From: Nitrospirota bacterium
GTDB lineage: Bacteria > Nitrospirota > Thermodesulfovibrionia > UBA6902 > DSMQ01
Assembly: GCA_016212185.1 (NCBI GenBank)
Contig: JACRGX010000056.1
Coordinates: 31,240-95,239 of the forward strand
Direction: 5' to 3'
Length of the DNA: 64,000 bases
Part shown: piece by piece, positions 59,659-64,000 of the stretch
Numbering within the stretch: position 1 is the first letter of the stretch
Layout of the letters: the number at the start of each line of letters is the position of its first letter
Notes under the pieces: generated by a model
Database searches by the model: none
The model's input: only the letters and a program-made list of their open reading frames with translations
What the model was told of the DNA's origin: nothing
Made by a program: the position numbers and the translations under genes

Positions 59659-59722
59659 GTTATGCATCAAACACAAAGTCATTGACCAGAAAACACCCTA
59701 TGGGTTTAATCAAAAAATTGCT

Positions 59723-59820
59723 TGTCATTCCCGCAAGCCCCGAACAAGTCGGGACAGGCTCCACACGTCGGGAATCTTTCTTGAATCCCGATACATCGGG
59801 ACGGACAAGCCGGAATGACA
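59723..59820. repeat. MITE/REP-like element with terminal inverted repeats TGTCATTCCCGC ... GCCGGAATGACA
   Basis: Three internal hairpins (cccgaacaagtcggg, cccgatacatcggg). Confidence 0.65.
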
Positions 59821-59827
59821 GATAAAT

Positions 59828-60238
59828 TTATTTTATCCCTGCCACGGTCGCTATTTCTTCATGTATGCGCTGGGCATCCTGTTTATCTCCGAAATTTCCA
59901 ACGCGCACACTAATAGTGGAAACTCCCTGTCCCCTGTCCGTAATATATATAGCTACCTTTGTGCCGTCTTTCCGAACAGCCGTTATGTTGCCCTTAACTC
60001 CTTCATTAGAACTGTTTGATACTGTTATAGAGAGATTGGCAAGTGCAGTGTTCGTTGTCTCCCAGGCCTTGGTATAGGCAAGGGGATAGTCCCGAGTCAT
60101 ACTGCCTTCAAGATACTTATAAGTACCTGCTCCCACACCTGCACCAATCCCTGCTCCGATTAAAAACACCTCTGCACCACAGCCCCACAAACAAGTTAAT
60201 GACAACAGTAGCACGGTTAACCTAAAAAATTTCTTCAT
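59828..60238 (-). CDS. hypothetical lipoprotein
   Basis: Signal peptide with LWGCGA lipobox; Gly-rich GAGIGAGVGAG segment. Confidence 0.5.
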   Translation of the reverse strand: MKKFFRLTVLLLSLTCLWGCGAEVFLIGAGIGAGVGAGTYKYLEGSMTRDYPLAYTKAWETTNTALANLSITVSNSSNEGVKGNITAVRKDGTKVAIYITDRGQGVSTISVRVGNFGDKQDAQRIHEEIATVAGIK

Positions 60239-60348
60239 TCCTTACCTCCTCTAAGAGTCATTGACCGATTTAGTTTCTGTATAAAGGAATAACAAAAAAA
60301 ATTAAAAATTACAAGTAAAAATTTAATGGCTGTATGTTAGAATGAAAA

Positions 60349-60987
60349 ATGTTACGGCTTTTACTGAGGGAGCATCCGTTAGAAACGGTTTTAAAAAACG
60401 CACTGCAAGCGCTAAAAGATGGCGGTATTATAGCTTATCCTACTGAGAGTTTTTACGCACTTGGGGTTAACGCGCATAATGAAGATGCCATTAGGCGGCT
60501 TTATGAAGTTAAAAAAAGACCTGCTGATAAACCGGCGCCGTTAATTGCCGGCAGTAGGGAAATTCTTAGGACCCTCGTTAAATCCATTCCTCCGCAGGCA
60601 GAAGGGTTAATGAAAAATTTCTGGCCCGGCGCATTGACAATGGTCTTTGACGCCGCAGAAGGTTTGCCGGATGTCTTAACGGCCGGCATAGGAAAGGTGG
60701 CAGTAAGGATTCCCGGAGAAAGTTTTGCTTTGAGTTTAGCAAAGTCGGCGGATTTTCCAATCACGGCAACAAGCGCAAATCACTCAGGAAGTCCCCCGGC
60801 TGAAACTGCGGATGAGGTAATAAAGTATTTTGGAGAAGAGATTGATTTAATCATTGACGCCGGAAAAACCTCAGGCGGGGAACCCTCAACGATTATAAAC
60901 GTTACGGTTATGCCGTTTAAGGTGTTGAGGGAAGGAAGGGTGAAGGTACAAAATTGCCGCGGGCGAATACAGTTATTGGGCCTTTGA
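60349..60987 (+). CDS. tsaC: L-threonylcarbamoyladenylate synthase (YrdC/Sua5 domain)
   Basis: IIAYPTESFYALGVNAHNEDAIRRLYEVKKRP. Confidence 0.85.
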   Translation: MLRLLLREHPLETVLKNALQALKDGGIIAYPTESFYALGVNAHNEDAIRRLYEVKKRPADKPAPLIAGSREILRTLVKSIPPQAEGLMKNFWPGALTMVFDAAEGLPDVLTAGIGKVAVRIPGESFALSLAKSADFPITATSANHSGSPPAETADEVIKYFGEEIDLIIDAGKTSGGEPSTIINVTVMPFKVLREGRVKVQNCRGRIQLLGL

Positions 60988-61172
60988 TAGAAGTGCCTAT
61001 AATGCTGGCGCTCATGTGGTTTGCAAAAAAGACAGAGCACAGGTTTTTTAAGGAGATTAAGGAAAAGGGATAAATTGTGAAAATCAGAATTAGCGCAGGT
61101 TGTGAGATTGCAGAAAGGATTGCAAATCAGGATTTATAAGGGATATAATAAAGTACAAATAAGGAGGTCGTT

Positions 61173-61400
61173 ATGGCTGAGGCAGCAATAAAATTAACAA
61201 AAGAAAAATTAATTGAAGGACTTACAGCACTCAGTTTTAAAGAGATTAAAGATATTATGGATTCTCTGATACAGAAGAAACTTTTCAGTCCCTCTTCTGC
61301 AAAAAATATTTATAAAGAAGCCGCTGAAATTGTAAGAAAGGGGAAAATTAATCCGGTAGTTGCAGAAGAGGCGGTTAAGTGGGCAAGGGCGAAAAAGTAG
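61173..61400 (+). CDS. small protein, probable antitoxin of downstream PIN toxin
   Basis: 75 aa; stop overlaps PIN gene start by 22 nt; RBS aaggagg upstream. Confidence 0.4.
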   Translation: MAEAAIKLTKEKLIEGLTALSFKEIKDIMDSLIQKKLFSPSSAKNIYKEAAEIVRKGKINPVVAEEAVKWARAKK

Positions 61401-61795
61401 TAATTGATACTAATATTTTCATTTCTGCCTTTGGATGGGGCGGCAACCCGCTGCATATAATTGAATTATTAGAGCAAAAGAAATTAATAAACTGCACCTC
61501 GGAAGAAATACTCAACGAACTCAACTGCGCACTTTCTTATCCAAAGCTTGATTTTCCCCAGAAACTTCAGACATATATCTTAGAATTTGTTCTTGCGCAT
61601 TCCAACATCTATAAAACAGAGAAACATTTGAAGATTGCGACTGACCCCGGAGATAACAAGTTTTTAGAATGTGCTGTCTCTGCTAATGCTAAATTTATAA
61701 TCACTGGTGATAAAAAACTTTTGTCTATAAAACAATTTAAAAATGTGAAAATAACCAATGCAGACGATTTTCTTAAAGAAAGAAACTATAAATGA
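61379..61795 (+). CDS. PIN-domain toxin (putative toxin-antitoxin system toxin)
   Basis: VVIDTNIFISAF...ECAVSANAKFIITGDKKLL. Confidence 0.7.
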   Translation: MGKGEKVVIDTNIFISAFGWGGNPLHIIELLEQKKLINCTSEEILNELNCALSYPKLDFPQKLQTYILEFVLAHSNIYKTEKHLKIATDPGDNKFLECAVSANAKFIITGDKKLLSIKQFKNVKITNADDFLKERNYK

Positions 61796-61908
61796 TTAAG
61801 CGTGGAAGTTATACGTTATAATACACAGCGGATATAATAGCTTATGTTGAATAACATCTTAGACAACCTCAAAGAAACTGTACCTGATGCCGTAGAAAAT
61901 CAGCGATA

Positions 61909-62142
61909 ATGTCAGTTAGTGATGCAAAAAAATACAAGGAGTCTTTAAGTGTTCTATTAATCTGTAAGCCATATATAGAAGATGATGCACTAACGTTTAC
62001 AAGTAGTTGCCATAATAAACCTACATTTGATAGCCCAATAGAAATTAACGATAGTGTATTAAGTATAAATGTAGAATTGATTGAAGTTTGGATATATGAT
62101 TTTAAGACTGGCAAGATACTTTATAAGCAAAACTATCTGTAA
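61909..62142 (+). CDS. hypothetical small protein in AT-rich segment
   Basis: 77 aa ORF; an alternative 81 aa minus-strand ORF overlaps, so the coding strand is uncertain. Confidence 0.2.
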   Translation: MSVSDAKKYKESLSVLLICKPYIEDDALTFTSSCHNKPTFDSPIEINDSVLSINVELIEVWIYDFKTGKILYKQNYL

Positions 62143-62203
62143 AAAAATTGTTTTACCGTTTAAAGATAGAAGCGTCCCCTACAAAGCATAGACCAAAAAA
62201 CAT

Positions 62204-63136
62204 TTGATGACTAAGACCACTTATAACATCCCTTCCGGCGCAAAGCCTGAGCGCCTTGATATTTATCTCTCTTTAAAAACCGGATTATCGCGCGGGCGCA
62301 TTCAGAATCACATAAAGCAGGGGCTTGTGCAGGTTAATTCAAAAACGCAAAAGGCAAGTTATAAAATACGGCAGGGCGACAGGATAGAGGTTGCTGTGTC
62401 GGACGAGCCTGAAAATACGCTTGTTCCCGAAGATATTCCAGTAGACATTATTTATGAAGATGAACACATAATAGTTGTCAACAAACCTCCGGGCCTGGTG
62501 GTCTATCCTGCGGCAGGCCATGAGAGCGGCACCCTTATGAATGCCCTGATTTTCAGGTGTAAAAAACTCGCCCCAACAGGCGCGCCGTTAAGGCCCGGGG
62601 TGGTGCATAGGCTTGATAAAGATACATCAGGCGTTATGGTCCTTGCAAAAAATGACAGCGCATATTTAAATCTCTGCAGGCAATTCAGGGAAAGGACCGT
62701 TGAAAAACAGTACATTGCGCTTTTGTACGGCAACCTTAAAAATAATACCGGAGAGATAAACGCGCCAATAGGCAGGGCGGCTTCAGACAGGAAAAAAATG
62801 TCTGTCAGGACAAAAAAAGGCAAAGAGGCAATTACCCGCTATGATGTAATCAAAAGATTCAAATCAGCAATGCTTGCGAAGGTCAGCATTCTTACCGGAA
62901 GGACGCATCAGATAAGGGTGCATTTAGCATCAGCAGGGCATCCGGTGCTTGGGGATAAAACATACGGAAAAAAGGTTGAAGTTAATGCTGAGGCGAAGAA
63001 AAAATTTTTATTTTCAAGGCAAATGCTTCATGCGCACAGTTTAAAAATTAAACACCCGGTAAGCCTTGAACCGCTGGAATTTACCGCCCCTATGCCTGAG
63101 GATATTAAAAAGGCAGTTGCAGAATTAAGCGGCTGA
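62204..63136 (+). CDS. rluD: RluA-family 23S rRNA pseudouridine synthase (RluD-like) with S4 domain
   Basis: HRLDKDTSGVMVLAKN catalytic motif. Confidence 0.85.
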   Translation: MMTKTTYNIPSGAKPERLDIYLSLKTGLSRGRIQNHIKQGLVQVNSKTQKASYKIRQGDRIEVAVSDEPENTLVPEDIPVDIIYEDEHIIVVNKPPGLVVYPAAGHESGTLMNALIFRCKKLAPTGAPLRPGVVHRLDKDTSGVMVLAKNDSAYLNLCRQFRERTVEKQYIALLYGNLKNNTGEINAPIGRAASDRKKMSVRTKKGKEAITRYDVIKRFKSAMLAKVSILTGRTHQIRVHLASAGHPVLGDKTYGKKVEVNAEAKKKFLFSRQMLHAHSLKIKHPVSLEPLEFTAPMPEDIKKAVAELSG

Positions 63137-63262
63137 CAGGTTCAGGTTGACTAAGATGCAATTTTAATGTTATAAATCATAGGGTATAACCTGCCGACTA
63201 CAAGCGAGCATTTAAGCCCTGCCTGAGAATATATTTAGCAGCGCTTACATGGAGGATTTAAG

Positions 63263-64000
63263 TTGGAAGACAAAGAAAAAACCAAACCAGAGAGCAGTCC
63301 TGTATCTGATATTTCTGATAAAATCTGGGATTTTTTTACATCGGTCAAGCTTACAATAGTCATTCTTATCATTATTGCTCTTACCTCAATCATCGGGACC
63401 ATCATAGAGCAGGACGCAGAACCCGAAAAAAATATCCAACTGCTTGCAAAATTTTTTGGCGACAGCATGGCGCCTACGTTTTACAACATTTTTTTAAAGC
63501 TTGATTTTATGAATATGTACCATTCGTGGTGGTTTATTGCCCTCCTTCTGCTTTTTTGCGTTAACCTCATCGTATGCACTCTTGACAGGCTGCCCAAGAC
63601 GCTGAAGATTATCAATGCGCCGATGAAACCCATGGGAGAAACGGTTATAAAAACACTTCCGGTTAAAAAAGAACTGCGGGTCAACGCCGGTCTTGCAGCG
63701 GCAAAGGATGCGTTTTTAAACAGCCTCAGCGCCGCAGGATTCCGGGTATTTGAAGCAACAGAAGGAGATTCGGTTGAGCTTTATACGCAAAAAGGCAGAT
63801 ATAGCCGGCTTGGGCTTTATATTGTCCACTTAAGTATTTTCCTTATATTTATCGGCGCAATTATCGGCGCAAGATTCGGGTTTAATGCAATGTTGAATAT
63901 CCCGGAAGGTGGCACATCGGATATAGCGTATCAACGAGGCGGAAAGCAGATACCATTAGGGTTTACCGTGAAATGCAATTGGTACAGGACAGATTATTAC
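63263..64000 (+). CDS. resB: cytochrome c biogenesis protein ResB/Ccs1 (N-terminal part; continues beyond window)
   Basis: TTG start with GGAGGA RBS 6 nt upstream; DKIWDFFTSVKLTIVILIIIALTSIIGTIIEQ ... YNIFLKLDFMNMYHSWWFIALLLLFCVNLIVCTLDRLP typical ResB N-terminus; open to window end. Confidence 0.7.
   Translation, partial: MEDKEKTKPESSPVSDISDKIWDFFTSVKLTIVILIIIALTSIIGTIIEQDAEPEKNIQLLAKFFGDSMAPTFYNIFLKLDFMNMYHSWWFIALLLLFCVNLIVCTLDRLPKTLKIINAPMKPMGETVIKTLPVKKELRVNAGLAAAKDAFLNSLSAAGFRVFEATEGDSVELYTQKGRYSRLGLYIVHLSIFLIFIGAIIGARFGFNAMLNIPEGGTSDIAYQRGGKQIPLGFTVKCNWYRTDYY

Overview
The window is a chromosomal segment of moderate GC content, probably from an anaerobic bacterium; the lineage cannot be assigned from the sequence alone. 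I found no rRNA, tRNA or CRISPR array.

**Glycan super-operon (1 to about 38.9 kb).** This is one uninterrupted minus-strand block of about 35 genes. It begins with a Rex-like wHTH regulator (38278-38886) and a NusG-paralog antiterminator of the UpxY/LoaP/RfaH type (37760-38281), followed by a leader containing repeated motifs. Downstream genes include:
- a NeuB-family nonulosonic-acid synthase (32901-33935) and four CMP-sugar (acylneuraminate-type) cytidylyltransferase domains, two of them fused to GT2 glycosyltransferases;
- a PseA/WbuX-like PP-loop N-acetyl-sugar amidotransferase next to an amidase;
- a GNAT acetyltransferase, a DegT aminotransferase, two Gfo/Idh/MocA oxidoreductases and an Ldh_2-family dehydrogenase;
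- a clear UDP-sulfoquinovose synthase (SQD1/SqdB) homologue and two further epimerase/dehydratases;
- five radical SAM enzymes (three B12-binding, two SPASM-like) and three class I methyltransferases;
- four paralogous TagF/Capsule_synth-like Rossmann proteins with K/R-P-H/K-P motifs;
- a Wzx-like flippase, a polyprenyl-phosphate GT2 and a large YfhO/GT-C-like membrane glycosyltransferase.

This looks like an undescribed pathway that builds a heavily C-methylated, amidinated and possibly sulfonated nonulosonic-acid glycan.

**Housekeeping region (39 to 64 kb).** It carries nadE, a flavodoxin-like protein, a TerC-family protein, htrA, larC and larB, gpsA, glnS, gltX, serC, serA, purA, bamD, a sirC/cysG-N homologue, tsaC, rluD and a 5'-partial resB, plus toxin-antitoxin modules. 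This region is unusual in three ways:
- at least eight MITE/REP-like elements of about 60-120 nt, with TGTCATTCC(C)G ... CGGGAATGACA termini and internal hairpins, sit in intergenic regions, often between promoters and start codons;
- G/C-rich heptamer/nonamer repeats (GTCAGGG/GTCAAGG types) are embedded in frame within larC and gltX, and an identical 27-mer occurs in the serA-purA intergenic hairpin;
- a 55-codon C4 zinc-ribbon ORF with an in-frame TGA lies just upstream of gltX, a candidate selenoprotein, recoded gene or pseudogene.
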